Of a DNA stretch of 64,000 nt, positions 1-14,195 are shown in pieces. Position numbers and translations under genes: made by a program. How positions within the stretch are numbered: the first letter of the stretch is position 1; each line of letters opens with the position of its first letter. The notes beneath the pieces are model-generated. The model had not been told where the DNA came from, ran no database searches, and worked only from the letters and a program-made list of their open reading frames with translations. Source of the DNA: Vicugna vicugna (Eukaryota); contig MU058423.1 in NCBI GenBank assembly GCA_013265495.1, positions 2,061,061 through 2,125,060 on the forward strand, given 5' to 3'.

Positions 1-3000
1 TAACAACGGGCCTGGAGCTGTGAGTAGCAACCGGTCAGTCAGTTTAGTTGACCATTTTAAGGGCAAGCTTAAAGGTGAGAATCGGTTAGCCTAAGTGTGG
101 CCATTTTGCTGTTCGTCCTTTAGCTTCACCTGAGATGCTTCTTACCAACCACCTGGACTCCCTGACTCAAGCTGCCCTAAGAGCCAGTCTGATGACACCT
201 TCAACAAGACCCCCGTGGGACCCCTCTCATGGCTGGGGTCCTGAGGTGGAGGAAGAAGCAATGGAGAGAACTCAGCTAACCAGGGATAACATTCCATGAA
301 ACAGCTGATCCTTTGTCTGCAGCCAGGGCGGAGGAAAGAGCCCTACACACAAGGGATTAGAAAATCTGGGGCCCCATCCTACTCTCAGCTAACCAGCTAG
401 TCCCCTTAGCTATGGCTAGCCCCTCAGAACCTATGCAACCCCCTCACAAGATTCTCAAGAAGATTCATCAAGGCAATGGATATTCAAATGCTTCGAACAA
501 TAACACAATAAAATGTGTGTGGAATTTATTCAACACCTGCTTTGTAGTTGGCCCAATGTTGGATACAGCAGGGGTGACCTCCACTCTCAGGAAGCTTGTA
601 TAATCTAGAGCTGACATCTCAGGGCTGTAAGCAACATGACATCGCAGATGACTGATTGTTGCTCTTTAGGGAAGGCAAGTAGGGGCAGGCACAAAGCCCA
701 CACATGTGAAGTAAGCCGAGACTATAATGAAGTGCCCTTATGTTTACTGAAAGCAATGGGAGATTGGGAAGGAGAGAAAGGGGCAGATGGACATGGCCCA
801 AAGTGTCAGGGAAGGCTGCGTGGAGAAGCCCATTGGAAATGGGACTATGAAGGTACTCCATGTTGGCTTCAAAGAGTCGGCTGAGAGGATGCGGGTGGGA
901 GAAGGGTCCGAGGATGGAGGGACCAAGTGAGCGAAGGTGTGGACACTGTCAGGGAAGACAGCCTGCCCAGCAGGGAGGCAGGGCTGCAAAGACTGGGCTT
1001 TGGCTCTGATGTCAGGTCTGTCAGTCAGCGGCTGTTTGCCTTGGATGAGCTTAATTAGCCTGAGCCTCAGTTTCGTCACTTATGAAACGTTGATAATGAT
1101 AGCTGCCTGAAATGACCAGTGTGAGGAGCATATTAGGTCCAGGCCATGGTTCTGCAGCTCACTAGCTGCCTGACCCACACAAGATCACTTCCCTGATCCT
1201 CAGATTCCTCATCTTTCGAGAGGGGAATCTCAACTCCTCCAAAGGTGGTGTTAGGACTGAAGGAGCTAATGTTGTGAAACACTTGGCAGAGGAGATGCCC
1301 AGTGAACGTGATAATATCCCAGACCCACTCCAGGGAGGGGAGCCATTGGGAAGATTTTTGAGTAGAGGGTGAGTTTGAGCTGAGCCCTCTGCCCTCTCCC
1401 CTGTGACCCAGGGAGAGCATCTCTGAGCACTTTGCTCTGCGCATCGAAGAGGGAGAGCCCAGTGGGGAGCAAAGCCTCTCTCCATCCCCTCCCAGGCTTA
1501 AGCCAGTGAGTTAACCAGGCCAGCCACAGCCCTACAGGGTGGACTTTCATCCCCTGAACCCAAATGACCAATTTAACCACTGTAACCGAGGCAGCAAAGA
1601 AATTCAGAGCGGGCTGTCCTCTGGCAGTCACTGTTGGATTGTGAACCTAATTTCTTTGTTGAAAGAACAAAAAATCATTTTGGTGGATTTATTTTCTTGC
1701 AGGCACACTGAATCACAGAACCTGGAGAGCCTTTCCCAGCCATGAAGCCTCTGATCTCCCCAAGCACCTCTGCTGAGCCTTGGGAAAGGCAACGCACTCC
1801 AGCTGTCAGGGCCATTGGGCTCTGGGCACATGGACCAAGTGTGGGGGTGGGTGCGGTGGGCTGCACGGGCCTCAGGGGACGCAGAGCCTACCCCCACCCG
1901 CCGCTCCTTCCTGTGGCCTGTCCTCAGAGTGCTACCCAGGGCAGTGGACAGCTCACCATCGTGGGCTTGGTCTCAAAGTCCCCCTAATGGGGGGCCCCCC
2001 TTTTACCCATGGGCTCAGGAGAGGCAGCCTGGGGTGAACAAGGACCCTGGACCCAGGGCAGAAACACTGGCATTGAATCTCCTTTTTGATTAACTACTGA
2101 CTGGCCAGTTAGGGCCTTAACGTCTCAGCGCCCCATTTTCTTTGCCTGCATAATGGGATGCTGTCCCACCCCGCTCATCTCATGGGGTTGATGCGAGGGC
2201 CATTTGGGTTAATGCTGTCATTCTTTCACCTTACAAATAATCATGAATGACCAAGTCACTTAAATGCTTCCTTCTCTCTTGGGCAAATAATCCCAAATCC
2301 TTGCCCTCCAATCAAATTCAAATCCTGTCTCTCTGAGACACACTTTGAGGTTCATGGCCTGTGGAGCTTGAAGCCCTCTGAACAGTCTTCTAAGCTGAGC
2401 TGAACTAGCGTGCAGCGGAGGAGAATGACCTCATGATGCCTCACATGGATGGGAATCCTGCAGGGACTCTGGCCTGGGCTCCCCTACCTGCTGGCACTTC
2501 CCCCTTCCCTCTGGGTACAAGCAGCTGCCAGCCCAGATACCTGGCTGTTTCTCTCTGCTTGCCCACTGCCCCACCTCCCCTCCCTGCCTGCTGTGTGGTT
2601 CTCATCTACCCATCCTGACGGTCTGTCGTCCAAGGCTGGAGGGTTGGCCGAGCCTACAGGTGAGGCAAGTGCATCCTGACAGTGCAGGGACTTAGCCTCA
2701 GGAGCAGCCACCTGCCTCCGTGCCCACAGGCTGGGCTGAACCTCCCTCTCAGCCTTCCCTCTCCTCCTCCCTGCACCCCTCTCAGAGCATGCGGCTTCTC
2801 CTGGCCGAGTGGCTGTGTCTGAGCACACAGCACCTCAGGAGCGGGTCCTACTCTCCTCTTTTCCCTCAGGTTCAAGCAGGTGCCCAGCTGCGTGCCTGAC
2901 TCAGAGGAAGTGTGTATCTGTGGGATTACTGGGTGAATGAAGGAATGAATGAGTAACTGTGCTGAAAGTTTCACAAAGAATTCACCCCCTTGGGATTAGG

Positions 3001-4029
3001 TTTTCCTTGGGACATGAAATCCCTACCAACATTGAAAGCCCTTCCTCCCCTTCCCTGGGCCAACCACGTGGGCATAGTTCTCCAAGAGGATAATTCCATC
3101 GCTTTTCCTGGGAGTTTCCAACCCCAAAATGGCTCAGACTTGCGCAGTGGTGCCAAATGTGGCACAAAAATTATTCTGAGCAACTCACAGCCTGGTCTTA
3201 CACAAATAGTGAAGTAGAGGAGGATGATTTTCTCTTTCTTTGTTCCTGTCTTCCCTCCTGTCATCGATGGAGTGAGTCACTCATTGAATCACTGATTCAA
3301 ACAGCTACAGAGCACCAGGCACCAGGAGGTGTGAACTATCTAAGGGGACAGTGAACTGTGCCCTGGGGACAGGAGGGAGTTGTGTGTCAACCAACAGAGC
3401 AAAGTGTGGGGTGCCTACTCCAGGGTGGCCGAAAGCCCAGGGAAGCAAGGGACACCTGGGGGTGTGGCTGGGGAGACTTCTGGGTGGAGATGAGGCGTGA
3501 GTGGGGTCCTGCGGGCTGTGATCAGTGAATGAGGGAGGCCTGGTGGTGTGGGGAGTGGGGTGGGAGAGCAGGGAAAGAGGAGCTGTGTCTGGGAACCATC
3601 TGGAAAGCAAGGTTTCATCTGACATGAGAAAGGAGGGTAGTGATGACCCATTCTTCTGTCAGCAACTGATTCCTGCTAAGGTGTTAATTGTTCATCAAGG
3701 AAAGTGTTAAATGTTAATTAAAAGTGTAGCTGTGAATTAAGCTTTAAAGTGGGGGCCTCTCCTTTTGAGGACCGTATCTGTTTTCATCACCTGCTGCCTG
3801 GGAAGACAGGTGGCGTTGGAATCAAGCCGACCTGGTTTCAACATTTGACTGCCAGTCACTACCCATATCCATGAACAAACCATTTTGTTTCTGGAACTTT
3901 CACTTCCTGTAAAGTGGAGATAACAATCTCCTGCCCTTTGGGTTGTTCCGTGGGTTAAACAAGATGTCATATGGAAAAGGCCTGGCTCAGAGCCAGCACA
4001 ACATAGGTGCTTAGAAATCTTGCTGTTGC

Positions 4030-4600
4030 CTCAAAAAATTAAATACAGCATTACTGTATGATCCAGCAATTCTGCTTCTGGGCATATACCCAGAAGGACT
4101 GAAAGTAGGATCTCGAAGAGGTATTTGTACACTTATTATTCACCAGAGCCAAAAGGTGGAAGCAACCCAAGTGTTCATCAAGGGATGAATAGATAAATAA
4201 GATGGGAGAAAAAAAAAAATGAGAGAGATCGCTGTCACACACAGAGTCTGGATTTTTTTTTCAGCCTTAAAAAAGAAGGAAACTTTGACCCATGCTATAT
4301 CTGGATGAACTCTGAGGGCATTATGTAAGATAATCACAAAAGGATAAATACAGCACGATTCCACTTGTGTGAGGGACCTAGAGGAGTCTCATTTGTAGAG
4401 ACAGGAAGCGGGACGGTGGTTGCCACGGCTCGGGGAGGAGGGAACAGGGAGTTGTTGTGTGATGGGTACAGAGTTTCAGTTTGAGATGGTGGGAAAGTTC
4501 TGGAGACGGACGGTGGTGATGTGAATGTACTTAATGCCACCGAACCATACACTTAAAAATAATAACATTTGTTAACTACATTTTACTACAATTATAAAAA
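4030..4600 (+). mobile_element. Old L1 (L1M-type) 3' end fragment
   Basis: tatgatccagcaattctgcttctgggcatatacccaga...gaagcaacccaagtgttcatc...gggtacagagtttcagtttg...acttaatgccac, A-rich end. Confidence 0.8.
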
Positions 4601-5952
4601 GAAATGTTGCTTTTATTCTTCTTCTCCAGCAGCAGAACCTCTTACCAACTTCTCTCATCTTTGTAAGGAGAGTGGACCAGGGCGGGCTTGGTGTGACACT
4701 TCTAAATGTTCCCCAACCTGAGCTTGACGCCTAATTACCGGGGGATCCTGCCCAGACTCCCAGAGCGGGATTGATTAATCAATGTTCTGTGGAGGCTGGG
4801 GAGTCTGTATATCAGGCTCACTGGAAGGAAGCTGGCTGTAGGCTGGAGCTGAGCAGAGGGAGGGGAGGTAGATTAGCATTCATTGAGCTTCCGCTGTGCG
4901 CCTGGCAAAGTGCTCAGTGGGTGCCAGGCATACAAATGACAAGCTCCTGCCCTCAAGAATTTGTAGTCAGTTTCCACCTTTACCTGTCAGCTGGCCTTCC
5001 CACCTTGGAGACGGCAGAGATGGCGAGGACAGCAACAGGAAGAGACATAGTTTTGTAACTGTCTACCTGGACTCAGGGCCTAGAGATTTTTCTAGGGCTC
5101 CCTGAAGGCTGGAAGTCTGCTGTGGAGTCAGAGTTCTTTGGGAGGGGGGAGGCGGTCTTCACAGTGTTGAGATGGGCAAGAGCCCAGGCTGTGGGGCAGC
5201 AAGAGAAGGGAAGCCTACCTGGGTGACCTGACTTCTGCAGCCTCCTGGGTGGGTGGGGCTGGGAGGACCTCCCTTGAGTTTGTTGATGCTTTGGCCAGCA
5301 TCCCCTTGGGATCACAGGCCCCAGGAATCAATGAATCTTAATGTGGATCACCCAAATAGTTGAGGTCCTGAAAAGAGGATCTCATCTTTCCTACGTCCTC
5401 AATTCCCTGGCACCCCAGCATACAGTAGGTGGAGATCCAACTACAAAGTGTAGTCGGCAGTTTAAACATAAGGTCCCAATTCTAGGCAAGTGCCTTCTAT
5501 TAATTCAACAAACATTTACTGAGCTCCTACTTAACATCAGGCATGTTAATAATTCAGTCTCTGCACTTAATCTGCACAAGAGATAAGAGATCTAAGTATA
5601 ACTTTCAATAAGTTTAAAGCATAGTCTCCTACAGATATAAAATGAACATGTGTCAAAGGCTTTATTGAACTCAGTAACTAACAAGGGAACCATAAGGTGA
5701 CAAAGCTGGTTCAACGAGCATTTAAGGAACTGGGACTTACAGGAAAGGCACACCAAAATTAGTTTTGTTTTAAGTTAGAGAGAAATTTGATAAATGCCCT
5801 ACTGGCAATAAAACAGGGATTATCTCTCCTACTGGACAGAAATCATTTGAATCTTTCCCACAAAAATCTCCAAGTTAACATGAAATTTCACAGTCTGAGT
5901 CCTTCAATTAATAACAGCAAACCACAAAGTCAAACAATGAACCTGCCTCCCA

Positions 5953-6335
5953 GAGCAGTGCTGTCCGACTATGTAACGTGAGTCGTGTGTAATTTAAGTT
6001 TTCCTCGTAGCCACGTTAAGAATTAAAAACAAATAGATAAGTGTACGCATCTGTCAAAATTCATTAAATTGTACATCTGAAATATGTGTAGTTTACTGGA
6101 CAGGAGCCATACCACAATAAAGGTGTTTTAAAAAATGTAAATCATGTAAATGCTTGATACTTCTCCAACTGGAATAATTAAATAATAAATATTAAATTAG
6201 GGAAAAAAAACCAAATGAATGAAGTTCATTTTAAGATTATATTTTATTTAACCCAACATGTCCAACAGAGCGTCAGTTTGCACGTGCCATTAACCACATT
6301 TCAAGGGCTCAGTAGCCATATGTTGCTATCACGGT
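5953..6335. mobile_element. MER3/MER33-like hAT element interrupted by an AT-rich L1-like piece
   Basis: cagtgctgtcc...taatttaagttttcctcgtagccacg; ttttatttaaccc; ccacatttcaagggctcagtagccatatg. Confidence 0.55.
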
Positions 6336-9300
6336 TCTAGAGAATGAAATAATCTTCACGTAGGTCTGTTAAATGAAGCTTCAGTACGATACTGAAGGAG
6401 CATACAGTCATCCTCTTGGCCTAATTTAAATTTCAGGTGACTCTTCCTACACATCTGCGTAGATCCCTGTGACCTCGTTGGCAGGGGTACAGGAAAGGCG
6501 AGTCTGGGGAATGGCCCTTGAAAGGGTTTGTGCAAGGCAGCCCCGTAACCATCTAGTGCAACAAATTCTCTCGGGCAAGTATATTAGCAGCTTTGAGGGC
6601 CCAAGTTTGGCTGGTGGGATGGGGTGGATCAGAAAAGCTTCCGCAAAGGATGAGTGGCTTTCACTCCAAGTAAAGGGAAGAATGTAACCAAAAACAGGAC
6701 AGTGTACGAGGTCAAAAAGCACTTGTGCTTGGGTGTGCGGGCAGGGAGGGCAGGGACCGAGCCTCAAAGTTAGGCTGGCACCAGATGGTCAAGGGCCTTG
6801 AGCACCTCACCGCTATCCAACCGGGAGCCTCAGAAGGGTTTTCAGAAAAGGAGGGAGATGACCAGGCTTATCTTTTTGGAAGACACCTTAAGAAGCTGTT
6901 GGCCCTGTGGCTGGCAGAATCTTCTCCAATTCCCTACCCTCTCATCACCCCAGTTGTGAATGAGGATGAAGTCTGCGTCATGGCTGGTAGCTAAAAATAT
7001 TTGCTAGGCATCAGTTTCCAGATGTGATGCCCAAAGCCAGAGTGAAGAAAGCATTGGTAAAAGGGCAAGGATGGAGTAAAGACTCCTCTGGGGTCTGAGG
7101 AAGGCTGCAAAATGACCTTCACGGATTGGTGATTTAGTCACTGATACACTGGCACCCTTTAGGGCCAAGTTAGTAGGAGAAATCTCAGCCTGGAATTAAC
7201 TCAGCCACTGGCCAAATGAGGAAAGAGAGGGGACAGGCTTGGACTATTTTGATCCCCATCATCTGGATAGAGATAAGAGCTGGCTTTGGTGTCTCTTGCT
7301 CTTTACACCTGAGAAGCTCAGAGTACCTGACGGGCATTCTCTGAGATGCCATCTCTTACTCCTGCAAGAGGCAGGTCAAACAAGGGCAGGGAAAGCTGCA
7401 ACAGGCACAGATAGTACAAAGAACCAAGAACTCTTGAATTTTCTGAAACCTCCTCCTTGGTCCCCCACCTCATCAAAGAGGGACCTGACTTCCTTGACTT
7501 TTAATTCTACCCGAAGTGCACAGAATACGCTACTTTAGGCCAAACACCTGTGGTCTACAAGAAGGGGAGAGGCAATGTGGGGGAGGAGAAATTTCTGGAT
7601 GGCTCTGCAATCAAGCTGTCTCTCTTGGTGGTGTGTACAGGGGCCACAGGGTCTTAAATCAGCTTTTTAAAATAGTTGATTTGTTTCCAAGTGGCCAGTC
7701 TGAGAAGGCAGACAGCTTGAAGGTCCTGTTTCCACTGGGGTTTATATAATCACCATGGGCAGAACTAACCACCCAGTCGAAACAGGAAAATTCTAATCTA
7801 ATCTCCTTGGAGATAAGACTTCCCCTGGCTTTTTGCCATGAATTGATCACCAGCTGGGGCTTCGTGTGAATGTCTTCTGATGAAAAGTAAAGCCAAGAGC
7901 AGCAGAGGGACCTGAATTAGAACTTGGGAATTGGACCAGGCCTGCCAGCCCCCAGCCTCATGTTTAGAAATAAGCTCTACAAAGTGTCGAATATTTGGTT
8001 AAAGCCGAAATCCAGTCTGGTAACCAGCTGTGTTCCAAATATCAGATAGGGTTCAGTTGCCTCTCCATCACAGCGGAGACCTCCTGCTTGCTGCGATACC
8101 CCTCTCCCATCCTCTGCCAGATCTAACCCTCCAGCTGCAGCCCCTCATGGAGAGGCAGTGGAATGGCCTTTCTCTCTCCCCCTAGTTTAGTTCTCCTCAA
8201 AGGTCCTAGAGTAGGGTCTACTTATTAAATTTGGAAAGAGCCTTAGAGTCCATCCAGGAAAAAGGGGAGTAAGGACATTAAGCTTTATAAAGTGTCAGTT
8301 ACCAAGCTAAGTCATGGAGACACGGGATCTCATTGAACCTTGTGGGAACCTGCTAAGGTGGGCAGTATTATCCCCATCTTTACAAATGGAGAACTGCTGC
8401 TCAGCTAAGTTAAGCAAGTTGCCAAAGATTGCACAGCCAGTGGTGGATGTGAAGCCAGAGTTCCGGCCCCCTAATTCCTGTCCACGTTCAGTCCCAAGTA
8501 GAGCTGATCTGAGCTCTAGGGAAATCAGCAATGGGGCGAAAGTCCCAAAGTGAGAAGGACTCCTTGGACCAGGCTAAAAAGCAATGCCGGGGCCACCTGG
8601 CTGCAGCTATCAACATGGCCCGTGCCAGCCCAGCCTCTGACTTCTAGACTAACAGGTTCTCATACTGGCAGAGGGTGGAGTGGGAGGTGGGTGCAAACTC
8701 CTCTGAGAATCTGATGAAAGCTCTGGATCCTCTCTCCCAAAAATGCCTATTCACCCACACATACACACAACTTCGGCTGCAATTTCTGGGGATTCATAGG
8801 CCCTCAGAGTTGGCAAATTCTCTTTGAAACCCAGAAGTCTCCATGGAGGCCAAGGTGGGGAAAGAGAGGAAGAGTTTAGAAGAGCAGAGCAGATTGAAAC
8901 CATGGGCTCTGAGAGGGAGGTGAAGGAGCAGAGAGGTAACGCCCAGATGGTCAGGGAAGGAGGCAGCCCGTGCAGAGCCTCAGGTGGCCTGGGCACCTCC
9001 CAGGATGAAGTTTGCTGGCATCAAAGTGAGCTCATCAAATGGTATGGTGGAGCTCTGGGAGGGCTGAGGGAGTCAGGGGCCCCCAGGCCGGTTCTGACCC
9101 ATCCCAGAATCGGGTTTGGTACTAAAAAGGGAAGTGGGATTCTATGACACAGCTCCAATTCCCAAGTGCCCATTGGGAGAGTGGATTCAGATCCCTCTCC
9201 CTGAAGCCAACAGCATCCACAGTTAGAATAAAATCCCCAGGTGGTCTTGGTCTCAAAGTAACCAGACCTTCCACCTGCCAAGGATGGGGTGGTGTCAGGC

Positions 9301-12300
9301 TAACGCAGCCACCAAGCCAGCCTGTTAAAAATAATGATTACGTAAAGAAAGCAGCCTCAGAAAAGAACCCCGACTAATCTGGGCTGGGCTAGAACACTGG
9401 CCTCCTGTTCTGACCTGCCTCTGAGGGGAAGTGATCTATTTCTTCCTTGAATTGCTCCCCCAGTTCGGCGCATTCACGTGCTCACTCAGCAGACACCCAA
9501 ACAGAGTGTTTTGGGTTTGCCCAGCTGTTCTATTTCCAGCCTGTTCAGTTCATGTCAGGTCCCCCGCCGGGCTTGGTCCCTCCGTCTCCCCTCCCCCTCC
9601 CCCTCGCTCTTTCCTTTCCCGCTTTTTCTCTCTCTCCTCCTCCTCCTCTAAGGTCCCTGCTCTGCTCTCCTCTAGCACTTCCTCTCGCCTCACTGCCCTC
9701 TGGCTCCCAGTCCCAGGGGCTCACAGGTGTGTGTTGTGTGTGTGCGCAAAAGCCTTGGGGGCAGCTCCTGATCCCTGGGCCTTGGCAGGGAGAGGAGGAA
9801 TAGAAGGGGATGGGGGCGGAGGAACCCCCAGCTTGGCGTAGCCTTGGGAGCAGGCAGCCTCGAGCGCAGGTTTCTTCTTCACTTCTCACTGCTTTGGGAA
9901 GCAAGCACACAGGTATCATGCTTCTGGGTCACCAAGAGGGAAATGGCTGTGCCAGTGAGTCATCTATGAGGATCCACGTCCCCTGGGCCCGCCTCAAGCA
10001 GGACCCTGACTCCATCCCATCATCCCACAGTGAGTGGCCAGAGCAAGGCATTTCTGGAAAATGCTTTCTGTTGTGGAAGTCAGGCGTCCACCCCCTACCC
10101 CCTTGACTATTTCCCTAAGTATAAGTGGGGAAGGGGACACACTTCAGTGAGTACCATTCACCTGCCTGAATCTGGCTAGCAGTTTCACGTATTCCTCCTC
10201 CAGTTACTCTTCCTGGCAAAATTTGCAGCAGATGTATGATTATCCTCATTTCACGGTGAGAGACCATGCTCAGAGAGGTTAAGCCATTTGCCCAAGGTTA
10301 CACAGCTCATAAGTGACAAAACCAGTGATAGCCAGAATTAGCATTCTGAGCCTGGGCGGCAAGTCCATGGCAGTGGTGCTCCTGGTGCTGAGGGGCCAGC
10401 TCCTACCTGTGGTTGTGTGTGGCCACAGAGCAGTGGTCAGGAGCACGGGGCCTGAATGGGATCAGGTCACAATCAGGCTGTGGAATCATCTATCTCTGAG
10501 ATCTCTGGGTCTTGATTTTTTTCATCCATAAAATGAGAGTGATTAAAAGAGCCCTTACCTGCTAAGTTTGTTCTGAGGATCAATCCACACAGAGGGCTTA
10601 GAACAGTGCTTGGCCCATGTCAGCCCTCAGCATTAGCTATTACTATTCCCAGAGGCTCCAATTCTCTGGTTCTGGAGGAACACGCCACCCCTGAGAGGTC
10701 GGAGGATTGATAACTTTCACCTCTAGTAGTGCTTTAGTGTGACAGGGAGATGGTGGGGACAATTGGCTGGCACACAGTAGTGGGGGTAGACAGAGAGGCC
10801 CAACATCCCAGAGAGCTGTTCTGGACAAATTCTGAGACCAGACGTGGGCAGGAATGACAGGTATGAAGGACAGAAGTCAGCAGTGAGCAGCTAACTCATT
10901 CACTTTTATTCCTTCTTTCCTTCCTTCCCTCCTTCCTTCATTGTTGAGCTCCTGAGCCCTGAGCAGGGGCTGGAGATAAAAGTGTTAAAAAGGTGAAGCA
11001 TTTATAAATGACTAAACAAGCTATATTATGATAAGTACGCTGATGGAGGGATAAACAAAGTGTAGTGAGGCACAAAGAAAGAGGCCAGAAGGATTCTCAG
11101 AGGAAGTGTCAGTTGAGTGGACCTTGAGGGATAAATAAGAGTTTGCCAGGAAGAGGACTCAATACTGAAATGTGGAAGGGGGCCAAAAAGGAGCAAGAAG
11201 ATCTTCCATCTAGAGGCAATTCCTATTGCATATCACTTTGGATTTCCCTTTTGTGTTCCATTTTCTTTTTTGCTAATCAGAGCTATGCCAGAATTCTTTG
11301 TACAGCCCTTGCTTCTAATTTGACTCACATAAGCGCTTTTTTTTCCCTCTGAACAACAACAAAAAATTATCTACCCTGCTTGGAGCTCTCTAGTGCTAGG
11401 ATTTCCTATGACAGAGAATAAGGCTCTCATTTCATAAGTTGAGATGAGGCCTAGTAATCCTATATCCTGAGAAGTAAAATATACATGGACCTTATTTTAT
11501 ACTAGAGTGTGGGTGACTGACACAAGATGCTTTCCTATGCATAGATTAGAACATGAAGAAAGGGTGAAGAGAACAGAAGGACCCTGGAAGTGTGTGTGTG
11601 TGTTTGTGGGGAGGGGAGTAAGAGGGGTCCAGTAGTGAGAGCCCCTGACAAGGGTGGAGAAGAAGCCAGAAAGAGAGATGGAGACGACTAGATTAACTGA
11701 CACAGTCCAGCCTACTGAGGCCCAGATGGAAAGTGGTGGCCCCTGGAGCCTTCTTACCTGCCCCCTACCCTCACCATCCCAACCAAGACTCCCTGGTCAC
11801 CCCTCCAGTAGGGTTCTGAGTGAAAGGATTGATCTGCCAGGAGTACAGTGTTGTCCTCTGAGGGGAAGAGGTGGTCCTGAGACACAAGGCTGGTTGCAGG
11901 TGGGATACTGGGAAGGAGGCTGTTTCTATCCTGTTCCTTGTCCTGTGGCCACCTGGCACACTGAGAGGATGGCACAGGTTGGCCCTCAGGCAGACTAGCC
12001 AGCAGCCAAGGAAGGGTTAAGGATCCCAGGCAGCTTCTCCATGATGGTAGTGGTGGTAGTGGTGTCACAACTCTGTTCTCCAGGGCACCTTGGGAACCGC
12101 CACCCCAGGGAGAGCCACCATAGCAACAGCTAGTCTGGTAACAGTTCCCCTGGGTTCACCCCATATCTTCCCAAGGGGCAGCTGGCCTGGCCTGGCCATG
12201 TTGGGGAGTGGGGTGTGGCGGGCCGCGTCCTTTCTGAGCCCCTCTGGGGCTGAACGCATAGAGGAAAGTTGCTTTCCCTTTGTTTGCTCTGAACATTTGA

Positions 12301-12726
12301 TCACTGATATTGAGTTTGAAATAACTGTCCTTAGACCTGGGGCCTAAGAAGAGGAATTGTGAGGAGTGCTAAGGGGGAACCTCTGGGGATATTAGGCGTG
12401 GAGTCTTACCACAGGTTGAGGAATCCCAGGCTCTAATTCCTGCAGAGGTCCCCTCAGGGGTAGTCACCCCTGGTGGCTCCAGGGCCTGAGTGCTCAGGAT
12501 GCCACTGGAGGAGCCTCCGTGTCCCACCCTGAGGCCTGAGCAGGATCCAGAGGCTGAGTTCTGAATGAAGAGGGCCTGGGAGGTGAGTGGGGCACTGGCT
12601 TGAGGGCCAAGCTGGGCCAGGCACTCTGCCTCAAGGTTTTCCTTCCTATTCCCATGCCCCAACCTCACTTCCTCCATCCATCTCTTTCCTCTCTTTATCA
12701 CCTCCTTCATCCCTCCCTCGTCCTCC

Positions 12727-12872
12727 TTTTTTTTTTTTTTAATTGAGGCACAGTCAGTTACAATGTGTCAATTTCTGGTGTACAGCACAATGTCCCAGTC
12801 ATGCATATGCATACATATATTCATTTTCATATTCTTTTTCATTAAAAGTTATTACAAGACATCAAATATAAT
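12727..12872 (-). mobile_element. 5'-truncated artiodactyl-type L1 3' end with poly(A) tail
   Basis: T14 run then aattgaggcacagtcagttacaatgtgtcaatttctggtgtacagc; reverse-complement similar to 63900-64000. Confidence 0.75.
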
Positions 12873-13299
12873 TACTCTGCCTCCTCTTGCGTTTTCTTCT
12901 TCCTCACTCTTCTTCTTCCTTTCCCATCATTTTCTCCATTCACTCAAATATTTCCCTGAGCACCTACTGTGCAGGGAGCGCTGGGATGAATCAGCAACCT
13001 GGGGTAGCTCAGCGTTGGGAGAGGGGAGTCTACAAGCATCCAGAACACCAGGTAGAAATGGTCAGTTCCGAAAGGAAAAGCTATGGGAACTCTCCTCTCA
13101 GTCCCTCTCCTTCAGCCCTCCTCATCATTCTGACAGTTTCTCGGGCAGGAGATGCATAATGTAAAGAGAAGCGCTTTCCTGTTATTCCCCAAGGACTCCC
13201 AGGAATGCCCCAGAAGCGAGATGCCAAAGCCAGCCGAGACAGCTTGGGAGGGAAAAGAGAGGACAGAGATCAGCAGCTCCTCAGGCCAAGCCCATCTCT

Positions 13300-14195
13300 G
13301 CCCATTCATTCATTCATAAAACATTTATTTCATACTGTGCTAGGGCCCCAGGTACTTACAGGGAGGCAGGCAATAAAGAAATACAGTTACAAGGAGTGCT
13401 GAGTTCCAGGAAGAAACTGAGAGGCTGCAGAGACAGAAAACAGCAGAGGCAGGAAAGGGCCTGATGAGCAGCAGGGCCCTGAGGGCCTGCCTAACTTCGA
13501 AGGAGTTTGGATTTTGTTTGAAATGCAGTGGGAATCCAGCCACTGAGGGTTTGAAGCAGAGGTAGCATAGCCTGGTTCCACTTGGCTGCTGGGTGGAGAC
13601 AGGGTGGGAGAAGGGCTGTGGGGCCCAGGGAGACCAGGGGAGGGGAGATGGAGCCCACCTTCCAAACTGGATGGAAGAGAGCAGGAGGTAGAAAGCATGT
13701 GAGGTACACTTCAGAGCTCGGGATGATAGAACTCGCTAATGGTTTGGAGTTGGAGTGGCGGAGAGATATCATTAGATAATTTTGAACCTACTGGGCTTTT
13801 GGTCTATTTCCCGTATTAGAGTGTAAGCTCCATAAGGACAGGGATCCCATTAGTCTCGTTCACTGTGCCCCAGGACACAGTACGGGCATTTATAAAGAGG
13901 TAATGCACGGTAAGTGAGTGAGTTGAATTAGAGAATGAGAGGGCGGGATTAACGATGACACCTCAGTTTCCAGCTCAGCCTCGGGGTGAATGATGGCAGC
14001 ACATGATAGGAGGACCAGGGAGGCAGAGGGCTGAAGACACAGCCCAGCGTCAGGGAAGCAGGGGAGGTGCCTGTGAGGGGCCAGCAGGCAGTGTGATGGG
14101 TGTGGGGAGTACACCTAGCAGGGAATACAGAAGAGGCTCAACATGTTTGTTGAATGAATGAATGAATGAATGAATAAGTGAATAAATGAGTGAAT
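13300..14195. mobile_element. L2 fragments with (GAAT)n tail
   Basis: cattcattcataaaacatttatt, aaggagtttggattttg...gggaatccagccactgagggtttgaagcag, tgtaagctccataaggacaggga, atgtttgttgaatgaatgaatg. Confidence 0.65.
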
